This document shows, one piece after another, positions 39,370 through 48,726 of a DNA stretch of 64,000 nucleotides (position 1 is its first letter; the number at the start of each line of letters is the position of its first letter). This stretch comes from a virus: IMG/VR virus record IMGVR_UViG_3300025949_000027, positions 3,954-67,953 of that record; one strand, given 5' to 3'. Position numbers and translations under genes: made by a program. The notes beneath the pieces were generated by a model. That model worked only from the letters and a program-made list of their open reading frames with translations, made no database searches and had not been told where the DNA came from.

Positions 39370-40110
39370 TCACCGCGCCATCTCTCCAGTGTAGACGAAG
39401 CGGTTGATGTACGCTCGGTCAGCCGTGAACGTCGGGATGTTCTCGTCCGTCTCCCATTTTGATCGCGGTGTCCCGTCGACTTCGGTCTCAACCCGCCTGA
39501 CGACGGTTCCGCGCTTCTGTGGAAGCGGGATATCGTTCCAGTTGATCCCGCGCTGGCTGAACAGCATCTCCTGGAGCGCATCGCAGTTGACGCCGTGGAT
39601 CTCCCGGGCGCTGAAGTTCGCCTGTGCGAGAGACTGGATCGAGTTCCTGACCGCGTCCTGCTGGCGCCAGATGAAGTAGTTCACCACTTCATGCAGGGGC
39701 AGTGAGAAGACCCGGGCGTCGAACACCGCCCCCGCCTTGTCCGGGTATGCCGCGGCAATCGAGCGGTTGAACGCCACAGACGCGAACGACGCCCCCACGC
39801 TGACCATCTTCTGAATCTGCGCGTCGAACCAGGCCTCGGTGTTGATCTGGGCATAGTCAAGGATCAACACGCTGATCTCGTCCGACTGGACGTACGCCAG
39901 CGCCGCTCCTTGGATCTCCTCGCAGAGCCGGTGAGCGGTGGCGTCCATCGCCGCGACCAGGTTCGGATCCCATGGCTTGGCCATGCCGCGGGTCAGCGAG
40001 TGAAACGCTTTGCCGTCGACGCGCAGAAGCGCCGGGCAGCGACGCATGAGACGCGCGCGGGTCACCGCCTCGTATTCCTTCATCCGGTCACCGAGGGAGT
40101 CCTTCGTCAC
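39370..40110 (-). CDS. tRNA-His guanylyltransferase Thg1-like protein
   Basis: LGDRMKEYE, RVDGKAFH, YVQSDEIS, FDARVF, YFIWRQQDAVRNSI. Confidence 0.95.
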   Translation of the reverse strand: MTKDSLGDRMKEYEAVTRARLMRRCPALLRVDGKAFHSLTRGMAKPWDPNLVAAMDATAHRLCEEIQGAALAYVQSDEISVLILDYAQINTEAWFDAQIQKMVSVGASFASVAFNRSIAAAYPDKAGAVFDARVFSLPLHEVVNYFIWRQQDAVRNSIQSLAQANFSAREIHGVNCDALQEMLFSQRGINWNDIPLPQKRGTVVRRVETEVDGTPRSKWETDENIPTFTADRAYINRFVYTGEMAR

Positions 40111-40138
40111 GATCGCATCCTCCTGTCAACTGGCCGCC

Positions 40139-40642
40139 TCATGCCACCTTCTTCCGCGCGTCCACCCACGGCGTGTTGAGCAAGGCAATTGTCCGCTCCA
40201 CGTCGGCATCGACGATGCCCGTCTCGAAGTCCGTGTTGACCAGGCGGTCGGTTAAGTGCTCCATGTCGGAGTCATCGTCCAGGATCACGATGGACTCCGG
40301 CGGTTCCTCAAGTGCATCGATCCATGCCTGGATCTCGAGACCGCGATACGTCTGCAGATTCGGCGTCATGCCGACGACGTGGCCGGCAAAGCCGACGTTG
40401 TCGAGGAAGCCAACGATGTCCTTCATGGAGTCGAGGATCCTCCAGGACGACGAGATAACTACCTTCGCGCCCGTCGCCTCGACGATCCGATTCACCCGCG
40501 CCACGGCGTACCAGTCGAGCATGTAGCTGTCATCGCCGATCGAACCGCCATCGCGTTCAATGCTGCGCCGTCTCGCGTGGGCGTCTTCGAGGAACGGAGC
40601 CGAGTTTAGGACGCCATCGAAATCCAGAAACAGGTACTTCAT
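40139..40642 (-). CDS. HAD phosphatase (Swiss-Army-Knife RNA-repair type)
   Basis: LFLDFDGVLN, VVISSSWR, RGLEIQAWI, VILDDDSDM. Confidence 0.9.
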   Translation of the reverse strand: MKYLFLDFDGVLNSAPFLEDAHARRRSIERDGGSIGDDSYMLDWYAVARVNRIVEATGAKVVISSSWRILDSMKDIVGFLDNVGFAGHVVGMTPNLQTYRGLEIQAWIDALEEPPESIVILDDDSDMEHLTDRLVNTDFETGIVDADVERTIALLNTPWVDARKKVA

Positions 40643-41199
40643 GCGACCTCGCGGATCAGAATCTCAACCCGCGGGTTCTTCGGGTCCGCGTCCAGCCGCG
40701 AACCGTCGAAGCGAACGATCTGCTTGTCGTTCGCTACGATGCCCGCCCGCTCAATGGCGTCGCAGACGGCCGCCAGGAAGTTCCCCAGGTCCCCGACCCG
40801 CCGAGTCCGGTAGAACACGGCTGCCATCGACACCTGGCCAGTCAGCGGCGCCCGCCCGCGCCAGGCCGCGCGGAGCTGCAAAACGGCGCTCGTCTCCCAC
40901 GCCTTCGCCTGCTTGCTTTGGACGATGAACGGCTTACCTGTCTTCCGGTTGCGGAAAACCCTCTGGCTGTTCTTCTTGGTGACCGGCGGGCCGAGGACGG
41001 AGCAGGCGAAGCCTGGCCTGCCTACTTCGTCCTCGACCTTTGCCGCGCCTGCCGTGTCTCGCCGAATCGCTCCGAGCGGTGACACACCAAGCCTTGACAT
41101 GCCATGCCTGCCGTTCCATGCCAGTTGCGCGCCTGCACCGGCCACGCCGCGTTCGGGCCTACCCAAGCCATGCCCGTGAATCTGTCGCCCGGTCTTCAT
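40639..41199 (-). CDS. RusA-family Holliday junction resolvase with repeat-encoded N-terminal extension
   Basis: GPPVTKKNS..DLGNFLAAVCDAIERAGIVANDKQIV..PRVEILI; ATG 41199 overlaps the upstream stop. Confidence 0.85.
   Translation of the reverse strand: MKTGRQIHGHGLGRPERGVAGAGAQLAWNGRHGMSRLGVSPLGAIRRDTAGAAKVEDEVGRPGFACSVLGPPVTKKNSQRVFRNRKTGKPFIVQSKQAKAWETSAVLQLRAAWRGRAPLTGQVSMAAVFYRTRRVGDLGNFLAAVCDAIERAGIVANDKQIVRFDGSRLDADPKNPRVEILIREVA
41012..41177. repeat. Degenerate pentanucleotide (CCNNG)n tract
   Basis: ccgtg tctcg ccgaa tcgct ccgag cggtg acaca ccaag ccttg acatg ccatg cctg ccgtt ccatg ccagt... Confidence 0.7.
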
Positions 41200-41320
41200 C
41201 GCCAGTCCTGGTCCTCGTCCATCAGCCGCGTCAGCCGACTCGGCCGCCCCGGGTCCCGATCCACCCGCCGGATCGCCAGCACCAGCAGCGCGACGCAAGC
41301 CAAGTAAGCGAGGGCGGCTG

Positions 41321-41668
41321 TCACGGCTTCGGGTCCTCCGAAGGGCTCGCGGGACGCATCTGTCCGCCAAGCATTTGCGCGAGAACCGGCGGATACGCTT
41401 CTCCGATGGCGTCAAATGCCGCCGCGCACGTGAGGCCGTCTCTCAGTAAGGCGGAGTAAGCGCCGTATGCACGCTCCTCTAGATCGAACCGCGTGGGCGT
41501 TATTCCGCTCGGCCGGCTCAATCTCGATTCCATCACAGCCAGTCGATCCTTGGCGCGCGCGACCCGGCGGGCCATCTCTTCGCGTGATGCGCCGCCCTTC
41601 AGCGACTCCAGGAGCGCGGCGAAGCTGTCCTCGTCGAGTGATTCAGTGGGAAGGATCGGCCGAGCCAT
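41321..41668 (-). CDS. Hypothetical protein
   Basis: Coupled in the reverse operon. Confidence 0.55.
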   Translation of the reverse strand: MARPILPTESLDEDSFAALLESLKGGASREEMARRVARAKDRLAVMESRLSRPSGITPTRFDLEERAYGAYSALLRDGLTCAAAFDAIGEAYPPVLAQMLGGQMRPASPSEDPKP

Positions 41669-41810
41669 TACCGCCCACCGTCCTTGCGGGGTGCCTTGGT
41701 GGCTCGGTCGATGGCCGCCGCGTCACGCTGCTGGTCCACAACCGTGAACCGCTTCTTTACCGTGCCTCGCGTGGTCATCCCGGCTGCCATCAGCCCCTCG
41801 GGAACGAAGC

Positions 41811-42128
41811 TCACCTCCCACCGTCCTTCCCCGCCGCCCCGGGAGCGTCCGCGCCGCTGCGACCCCACTTGCGGGCCAATTCGGCGACGACCCCGCCGAA
41901 CCCACGTTGCGCCAGTTCCGACAGGACTTCGTTCTCTCGCGCCGCGACGGCCGCCTTGATGGCGTCGGCCTGGGCGGCACGCATCGCATCCAGGTCGTCA
42001 GCAAGCGCAGCAATGACGCTCTCGTGATACCCGACCGCCTCGAAGGCGAAGCCTTCCCCGCTGACGATGACGGGCTTTCGGCACTCCGAGATGACCGCGT
42101 CGATGTGCTCCTGCTCGGGTCGAATCAC
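41811..42128 (-). CDS. Hypothetical protein
   Basis: GTGA overlaps; GGAGG SD. Confidence 0.55.
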   Translation of the reverse strand: MIRPEQEHIDAVISECRKPVIVSGEGFAFEAVGYHESVIAALADDLDAMRAAQADAIKAAVAARENEVLSELAQRGFGGVVAELARKWGRSGADAPGAAGKDGGR

Positions 42129-43324
42129 TTGCCCACCTCCCCGCCCGCACCGCTGGCCGTCCCTGTGCTGGTGGGGAGGCGTTCGATGGCGTTGGCGATG
42201 TTCCGTGCCGTTTCGCACCCGTCGATGTGATTGCAGTGGTCGTCGCAGTGCTCATCCCGTGCCACTTTCGCGCACTCGGTTCGCATGGCCAGCACGCGGG
42301 CGTCGGCTTCGCGCTTCCACCACTCGCTGTTCACCTGGCGGTCGGCGATGGCCGCGTCGCGGTCTTTGCGTAGCTGCTCGACCTCGGCGCTGGCGGCGTC
42401 GCGTTCACCTTCGACGAGCCGCTTATAGGACTGGCAGCATTCCTCGCGGTCACGTCGCTTCGCCTCGGCAAGCTCGGCCTCCAGGGCGCGCGCACGTTCG
42501 GCGCACTGATGCAGCGTCAAGGTCGGGCGTTTGCCAATTGTCGTCGACCACCTGTCTATCTGTTCCGACAGCGGCACCTTCGCGGGTTCGGCGGGCTGGG
42601 GGGCGGGCGTGCTATTGTCGCGGCACTCCTTCGAGCAAAAGCCCCGCTTGTCGGGCAGCGCGTTCCACCATACGGCCTGCTGTCGGAACTGCGGCTCCGG
42701 CACGTTCTCGGTTCCGCACCACGCGGGCGCTTCGCACGTTCGCGGCGCCTCCACCTGAACGGGGGCGGGCGAGCTGTCAACGTCCCCGTCGCAGTCGTCC
42801 GGGCACTCGCGGGGGGCGTGCGTGCATGGGCGCATCGTTGAGGCGGGCGGGGCAACGTATGGCGTCCCCGTCCGGATCGACTCGGATCGGGCGTATTCCA
42901 AGGCTTCGTCGACAGGGTTGCACACCGGCACCGTCCCCTCACCGGGCGGGCCGGCTGGTGACAGGACCTTCCTGAGATGCCTCCCGGCCTCCACGCACGA
43001 CGGCGAGCACATCATCACCATCCCGGATTCGACCTTGCGACCGCAGTCCTCCTCGCTCACGGGAGGCGCAACCTCCAGCTCACCGGGCGGGCTCAGGGGT
43101 ACGAGGGCGCCAGCCTGGATGGCGCAGGTTGGACATGCCGACGCGCGCAACGTGGTGCCAGCCCATCGCGTGTACGCAGCCGGTTGCGACGGTGAACATC
43201 CTGAACAGAGAAACGACCTCGCGCGAGCGCCAGCAGTCCACTCATCGCCAAGCCGATAACCCGCAGGCACCGCCCCGTCCGCCTCCTCCGTGCTGGCGGG
43301 CTGCTGGTCCAGCGTGCGGTTCAT
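42125..43324 (-). CDS. Mosaic Cys-rich hypothetical protein
   Basis: Several CxxC/CSxxC modules, coiled coil, ends ARNIANAIERL. Confidence 0.55.
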   Translation of the reverse strand: MNRTLDQQPASTEEADGAVPAGYRLGDEWTAGARARSFLCSGCSPSQPAAYTRWAGTTLRASACPTCAIQAGALVPLSPPGELEVAPPVSEEDCGRKVESGMVMMCSPSCVEAGRHLRKVLSPAGPPGEGTVPVCNPVDEALEYARSESIRTGTPYVAPPASTMRPCTHAPRECPDDCDGDVDSSPAPVQVEAPRTCEAPAWCGTENVPEPQFRQQAVWWNALPDKRGFCSKECRDNSTPAPQPAEPAKVPLSEQIDRWSTTIGKRPTLTLHQCAERARALEAELAEAKRRDREECCQSYKRLVEGERDAASAEVEQLRKDRDAAIADRQVNSEWWKREADARVLAMRTECAKVARDEHCDDHCNHIDGCETARNIANAIERLPTSTGTASGAGGEVGK

Positions 43325-44784
43325 CACCTCCGCATCCCCAGTGCCCGCGCGCGCAGCTTGTCGAACGTCTCCCGCCGCACGAACAGACCGTCGCGCCATA
43401 CGGGTCGCAGTTCCGACAGCGCCTCCTCTTCGGGCGTCGCCTGATTCACGAGCCGTAGGTGCCCGTCGTCGCCCGCGAGCACCGCCAGCCGGCCCTTGGC
43501 CGAGTTCTTCATGCCGTTGTCGGTGATCGGGGTCTTGAAGATGTCCCGGCCCTCGCCGTTCATTTCAACCCACGTGGCCTTCATGGCGAACCCGAAGGTG
43601 TCGCGAGTGACGTACTGGTACGTGAATGATCCGACCCCGAAGACCATGTTCGCCGAGGCGAAGCGCTTGGCGGCCAGGCGGTCGATGATGGCCTGTGCCC
43701 GGGTGGCGGTGATGGAATCGCCGTAGATGCAGCCGACGTGCGAATCGACGATCCGATGCCCCGTCTCAGTCGTGGTGCCTCCGAATGCCTCCCACAGCAG
43801 TTCGATCACGCCCTTCTGGGCAGGCGAGCCCTCGGGGGCATCCGGGTCGCCGCAAACGATCTTGACCGGGTTCCCGCTATCGGGACGGATGACGAGCTTC
43901 CCGTCGCGGGCCATGACCTTGTCCTTCAGGGCCGGCAGGATCTTCGTCAGCACGGCCCACAGGTCCCAGGTGTCGGAAACGACGGAAACGATCCCGGCCG
44001 GGTAGATGCCGAGCAGCCGCTCGAACGTGGCCATCTCGTCCTCCTTGCCGCCCGCGCACATGACGGAGTGCTCAGTGGCGGGGACGGAGCCGGCGATCAT
44101 GTGGTCCGGCGGGACCGGGCCGTAGTAGTCCTCGATCAGGTCGATGGCCGGGATCGTGTCGGTGCCCGTGAAGAACAGCAGGTGCCCCGCGCCCGACAGG
44201 GACGCCGCCTCGGGCCCGGGCATCCCGCGAAAGCTGAAATCGTGGCCCTGCCAGGGGACGAACGCGGCGGGACTGCCCGTCTTCGCAGCCCCAGCGTCCA
44301 GGATCCGCCGCATCTCACGCGCCTGTGTCGCCGACGTGCAGGGCATCCAGAGCACGGCGGACAGCAGCGTTTCGAAGTAGTTCACCAGCCATGCGAAGTC
44401 GGGGTGCGTGTTCTCGACGGTGAGCATGGGAACGCGCAGCGGGACCGACGTGCCCTCAGTGAGCGCTCGGAACTCCAGCGGCAGATAGCCGAGCTGGTGC
44501 AGCGCACGGACGTGATCCACCCCGACATTGTTCGGCCCGAGGTACGAGTCGACCCGGCGAGCGTACGCCTGACAGACCTCGGCCTCCGTCGACGTGAAGA
44601 AGTGGCGAAACTGCCGCGTGAGGTACTCGTCGAGGAAGTACTGCAGCCCGAAGAACACCACCGAGTCGATCCCAGGGATCCGCGACTCGCGCGGCGTCCA
44701 GTTGGAATAGACGCGGCTGGTCCCCCGCGGGTACTGTGCGCGATGGCTCAACTTGTACCCGTCGATCATGAGTGCCGGATTCAT
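43324..44784 (-). CDS. Nicotinamide phosphoribosyltransferase-like protein (probable Namat of NARP1)
   Basis: IDGYKLSHRAQYP, HDFSFRG, SVPATEHSVM, SVVSDTWD, VIRPDSGNP, IYGDSIT, TRDTFGFAMKAT, KNSAKG. Confidence 0.95.
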   Translation of the reverse strand: MNPALMIDGYKLSHRAQYPRGTSRVYSNWTPRESRIPGIDSVVFFGLQYFLDEYLTRQFRHFFTSTEAEVCQAYARRVDSYLGPNNVGVDHVRALHQLGYLPLEFRALTEGTSVPLRVPMLTVENTHPDFAWLVNYFETLLSAVLWMPCTSATQAREMRRILDAGAAKTGSPAAFVPWQGHDFSFRGMPGPEAASLSGAGHLLFFTGTDTIPAIDLIEDYYGPVPPDHMIAGSVPATEHSVMCAGGKEDEMATFERLLGIYPAGIVSVVSDTWDLWAVLTKILPALKDKVMARDGKLVIRPDSGNPVKIVCGDPDAPEGSPAQKGVIELLWEAFGGTTTETGHRIVDSHVGCIYGDSITATRAQAIIDRLAAKRFASANMVFGVGSFTYQYVTRDTFGFAMKATWVEMNGEGRDIFKTPITDNGMKNSAKGRLAVLAGDDGHLRLVNQATPEEEALSELRPVWRDGLFVRRETFDKLRARALGMRR

Positions 44785-45623
44785 CGGATCATCCCCTCTT
44801 TCAGCAAGCGTTCGCAGACCGCGACCTCAATGACGCCCGGCCTATCCGCGGCGACCGAGTCGGTGCAGTACACGTGGTCGAAGTGCGCGAGCAGCTTGTC
44901 CATGCCCAGCGTGAACAGGCCATGAGTCACGTACAGGTCCCGCTTCACGCGTGGGCCGGACTGCGCCGTCTGCGTGGTGATTGCCTCCGACAGCCCCAGG
45001 AACGTCCCGCCGCCGTCGCAGATGTCATCGACCAGCAAGACCCGGGAACCGCCCGGCAAGGCCAGGTGTTCCACACCAAAGCCGCTGATCTTCCCGTCGG
45101 CGACGTTGCGGGTCTTCCACGCGTGGAACAGCGGCAGACCGAGCTTGCGCGCCACGCGGCCAGCGCGCTTCTCTGCACCTCCATCCGGCGCGATGACAGC
45201 TGCGTACTTCCCGGCGGGCGGCTTCACGCACGCGTCGGCGTGGACGACGTGACACCGATCGATGAGAGCCGGCGTCACTTCTGAGTGCGGATCGACGACG
45301 ATCACCCGCGGGAAGTGACGGGCGTTGATCTCCTTGGCGATGGACTTGGCGGTGAAGAGGAAGTCGCCCTCGTCGTTCACGCGGTCCTGTCGGGCGCCGG
45401 GAACGTACGGAAGCAGCAACTCCGGCACAGCCCACCCGCGCTCGGCCATGGCATCGACCCAGAAGAGGGCCGTCATCAGCCGTTCAGTCGTCTTCGTCCT
45501 GACCAGGATCCGCACGGGCCAGTCGCGCGGCTTCTCCATCAGCGGCTCTCCCGAGGGGTACCTCGACAGGTCAACGTCCACGACGGCCCCGCTGGGCGTC
45601 AGGTAACACAGGTCTCCGATCAT
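44781..45623 (-). CDS. Ribose-phosphate pyrophosphokinase-like protein (probable Adps of NARP1)
   Basis: YPSGE, LPYVPGARQDR, DPHSEV, APDGGAEKR, LVDDICDGGGTF, LYVTHGLF; AAAGGGG SD before ATG 45623. Confidence 0.92.
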   Translation of the reverse strand: MIGDLCYLTPSGAVVDVDLSRYPSGEPLMEKPRDWPVRILVRTKTTERLMTALFWVDAMAERGWAVPELLLPYVPGARQDRVNDEGDFLFTAKSIAKEINARHFPRVIVVDPHSEVTPALIDRCHVVHADACVKPPAGKYAAVIAPDGGAEKRAGRVARKLGLPLFHAWKTRNVADGKISGFGVEHLALPGGSRVLLVDDICDGGGTFLGLSEAITTQTAQSGPRVKRDLYVTHGLFTLGMDKLLAHFDHVYCTDSVAADRPGVIEVAVCERLLKEGMIR

Positions 45624-45816
45624 CCTCATTCCCCTTTCGCTTGATCGGTTCAACCGACGCGGCCATCCTCGGGGCGTGTCGAAGCCCGTGACCCCTGAAT
45701 CCCTGCGAGCCGAAGCGGACGCCTTAGACGCGGAGGCAGAGCGTTTACGGAGGGAGGCTCAGAAGCGACGGGCGCTTGCCGGTCAGATCGAACAGCTCGG
45801 TGAAACCGAAACGCCC

Positions 45817-45859
45817 TTGCCACAGTCTGCATCGTATGCGACCATTGAGACGATGGCAA
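45817..45859. promoter_or_regulatory. Overlapping divergent promoter pair
   Basis: + strand TTGCCA(45817)-17-GACCAT(45840); - strand TTGCCA(45859)-17-TACGAT(45836). Confidence 0.65.
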
Positions 45860-46119
45860 CAGCAGCCGCCACGAATCCAAGTCCTTTGACCTTCCGGCGC
45901 GGCGCGCCGCTCGAATCGGACGGCCCCATCGCGACGGTCGCGAAGAAGCTCGGCGTGCCGGCGGCCGAAATCGCGCGCCGCCTCAACGTGAACCCTATCA
46001 CCGCGCGAAACTGGGACAAACGAGGCAAAATCCCGCACCTCGCTATCCGCGAAGCGCTCGCCAAGATCGCCGCCGGCTCCGATCCAGAAGCGAAGCCGAA
46101 GAAGCCCAAGCGCCAGTAG
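45853..46119 (+). CDS. Cro/cI-like HTH regulator (frame open from 45676)
   Basis: KKLGVPAAEIARRLNVNPITARNWDKRGKIP; lies at the divergence point. Confidence 0.7.
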   Translation: MATAAATNPSPLTFRRGAPLESDGPIATVAKKLGVPAAEIARRLNVNPITARNWDKRGKIPHLAIREALAKIAAGSDPEAKPKKPKRQ

Positions 46120-46166
46120 CAGCGCCTGATCGCCGGGCTCTCCCCGAGCGGCGATGACGATTTTGC

Positions 46167-46195
46167 TTGCGACGTTTGCGACGATTGACTAGATT
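46167..46195 (+). promoter_or_regulatory. Early promoter with tandem TTGCGACG repeats
   Basis: TTGCGA-17-TAGATT; TTGCGACG at 46167 and 46176. Confidence 0.6.
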
Positions 46196-46282
46196 GGACG
46201 GGTCAGGCAAGCGCGACGACGAGAGGCAGAGCAAGGCCCGCCGCCGCTGAGTCCGCCTGAAACGACCACGGGAGACACGACC

Positions 46283-46726
46283 ATGACCACCACGAACACG
46301 AACGAGCCCGACCTGGCCTGCCCGAAGTGCGAGGGCCACGGCTTCATCAGCGGCCTGGCCGGCTGCAGCGGCTACGGCGGCCCCGAAGAGGAGTACGTCA
46401 CGGAAGAATGCGACTGCTTCGCCGGCACGCTCCGCTGCGGCGTCTGCGGTCGCGAGGAGGCAGTGGCCGTCGTGGCGGACGGGACGGCCGAGGGGATGCC
46501 GGTGGGGGAGAAGTGCAAGCGGGAGCGGGATGAGCGCGCCGCGGCCTGCATGGCGCTGGAGCCCGGGCAGCGCTGCGCCGACTACTGGAATCACTGCTGC
46601 GATACCTGCGAGGGGCGCCGCGCCATCGAAGAGCGGGCGGCGAAGTTCGGCGAGCTGGATCGGGCATGGCTGGCGGCGGGTGCGGAGATTCGGGCGCAGC
46701 GGGCGTCTGAGAAGGGAGCGGCGTGA
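46283..46726 (+). CDS. Cys-rich hypothetical early protein
   Basis: GGGAG SD; multiple CxxC. Confidence 0.65.
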   Translation: MTTTNTNEPDLACPKCEGHGFISGLAGCSGYGGPEEEYVTEECDCFAGTLRCGVCGREEAVAVVADGTAEGMPVGEKCKRERDERAAACMALEPGQRCADYWNHCCDTCEGRRAIEERAAKFGELDRAWLAAGAEIRAQRASEKGAA

Positions 46727-46928
46727 TGAAGGATCGAACCCATATCCACGAGTTCTTGCGGCGGGCGGACGGTTTCGAAGGTACTGGCAAGCCGGACTAC
46801 TTCTGCCGACTCTGCGGATGGCGCATCCCGGCGGCGCTCATCGGCGCTGCGGTGAACGCTGGTGCCACCGTGGTCGGCGATGCGGAGGAGCCGGGAACGC
46901 ACATCGATGCCGCGCCGGTGGTGACGCC

Positions 46929-47243
46929 GTGACCACCTACCGCAGCGCCGCCGCTTCTGCCGCCAAGCACAATGCCGCCCACCCCGGCGACTACTGCCCG
47001 CATCCCCGGTGCCTCTGGCACACGGCCGGGAACGCCGACCGCTACTGCCCGCGGCACGCCGACCCGGCGAAGCCTGACGACCGCCCGCGGGCCACGTACC
47101 TGCTCCCCGACGGGCGGACGGTTGAGAAGGTCTTCCCCCGCAGTACCACGCCCCCGGAGACGACCACGTACACGTACCTGCTGGGCAAGGGGCGGACGGT
47201 CACGGTGACACGGGTCGATGCGGCCGAAGGAGGTGCAGCGTGA
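46929..47243 (+). CDS. Hypothetical protein, paralogue A1
   Basis: YCP..CLW..YCPRHADP.KPDDRPRA.Y.LPDGRTVEKVFPR, repeated at 48415. Confidence 0.7.
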   Translation: MTTYRSAAASAAKHNAAHPGDYCPHPRCLWHTAGNADRYCPRHADPAKPDDRPRATYLLPDGRTVEKVFPRSTTPPETTTYTYLLGKGRTVTVTRVDAAEGGAA

Positions 47244-47439
47244 AGTGTCCATGTGCAATCTGCGGTCGCGGGACTCCCGAGAACGACCGCCTGCCTTTCG
47301 CAACCGGGGGTGTCCTTCACTTTTCCTGCGCGGCAAAACTCGCCCTGGCTCACTGTCGGGCCGGCAAGTCGAAGGCCCTGGTGCACGGCGGGCGCCGGGG
47401 GAAGTGGGCAGTTCCGGTGGCGGTGGAAGGGCACGCCTG

Positions 47440-47568
47440 ATGCCCATCTCTTCCTCTCCCTGGGTCGCGGGCCTCCTGCGTGACCTAGAGGCCTTGGAAC
47501 TGCGGGCCGAGCGGCGGGCTCTGTCTGTGTCTCGGCTGCTCCGAATCGGAAAGGTGACCTGGAAATGA
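47440..47568 (+). CDS. Small protein, paralogue B1
   Basis: MPISSSPW..LLRDL..GKVTW, repeated at 49432. Confidence 0.55.
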   Translation: MPISSSPWVAGLLRDLEALELRAERRALSVSRLLRIGKVTWK

Positions 47569-48187
47569 CGACGAAGGACGACCAGCGGAAGGACACGGGC
47601 GAAGAGACGCTGACGGTGGCCGCCCGCGGACACGGCCACTGCATCAACACGGGCCACTGCGGGGATGCGGACTGCCCGGTGCCGAAGGTGCGGCGGCGCG
47701 GGCTGGTGGAGCGGGCCGTCCAGGCGCTGCGGGCGGTGCGGACGCGGGGTGCAGCGTGAGCGGCACGGGGAGTCGGCGGCTCTCTGGACGGCGCGGATCC
47801 ATCACTCCCGCCCAGCGCGGTTACCTGGCTTCGCTGGTGAGCGAGGCGACGAGGGAGCTGTGGCTGCTCCGAAACAGAATTGGAGTCGACACGTCGCACC
47901 TCGATCTGACGAGTGCAAGCGCTGCCAGCGCCGCGATCGGGACGCTGGTGGCCGCGAAGGGAAGAGGGTGGGACCGTGGCGAATGACACCAGTAAGGCCC
48001 TCGTCATCGCCTACCTGTGGGACCGCGTCGCGCAGTACGATGAAAGCTCCGGCTATCACGCCTTCGTCGGCGACTTGGTCCGAGGCATCGCGACGGGAGA
48101 GCCCGAGAAGGCACGTCAGCACGGCGAGCTTGATGACCTGCTCGCGAGGGCAAGGCGATACGCGAAGTCGCACGCGGACGGTGCGGC

Positions 48188-48418
48188 GTGACCGCGTTGG
48201 CGAGCGGATACACGGCTCGTTACCTGGCCTACTGTGCTGGCGAGGCGCCCGAGGCCGTGAAGGCGCGGGACGGAAACATGGGGCCGTTCATGACCTGGAT
48301 CGGCCGGAAGTGGCGGGCCTACGAGGCGGCGACCGGGTTTCGCCGTGACCATGGGCTGACGGACGCGGCGCAGGACGCCTTCGATGCTTGGCTGTCTGTC
48401 AACGGAGGCGCAGCGTGA
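48188..48418 (+). CDS. Small conserved-type phage protein
   Basis: YTARYLAYC..FMTWI..FDAWL; GTGA overlaps. Confidence 0.6.
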   Translation: MTALASGYTARYLAYCAGEAPEAVKARDGNMGPFMTWIGRKWRAYEAATGFRRDHGLTDAAQDAFDAWLSVNGGAA

Positions 48419-48726
48419 CCACCCACCGCAGCGTCGCGGCCTCGGTCGCCAAGTCGAAGGCCGCCCACCCGGAGCGTTACTGCCCGGCTGACCATTGCCT
48501 CTGGAACACCGCTTCCGAGGGCGGCGGCTACTGCCCGCGCCACGCCGACCCCACGAAGCCCGACGACCGACCGCGAGCCTCGTACGCGCTCCCCGACGGT
48601 CGGACGGTGGAGAAGGTCTTCCCGCGCGGAACGGTCCCGCCGCAGACGACGACCTACACGTACCTGGCGGGCAAGGGGCGGACGGTCACGGTGACGCGGG
48701 TTGAGGGAAAGGAAGGTGCAGCGTGA
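48415..48726 (+). CDS. Hypothetical protein, paralogue A2
   Basis: Diverged duplicate of 46929-47243. Confidence 0.7.
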   Translation: MTTHRSVAASVAKSKAAHPERYCPADHCLWNTASEGGGYCPRHADPTKPDDRPRASYALPDGRTVEKVFPRGTVPPQTTTYTYLAGKGRTVTVTRVEGKEGAA

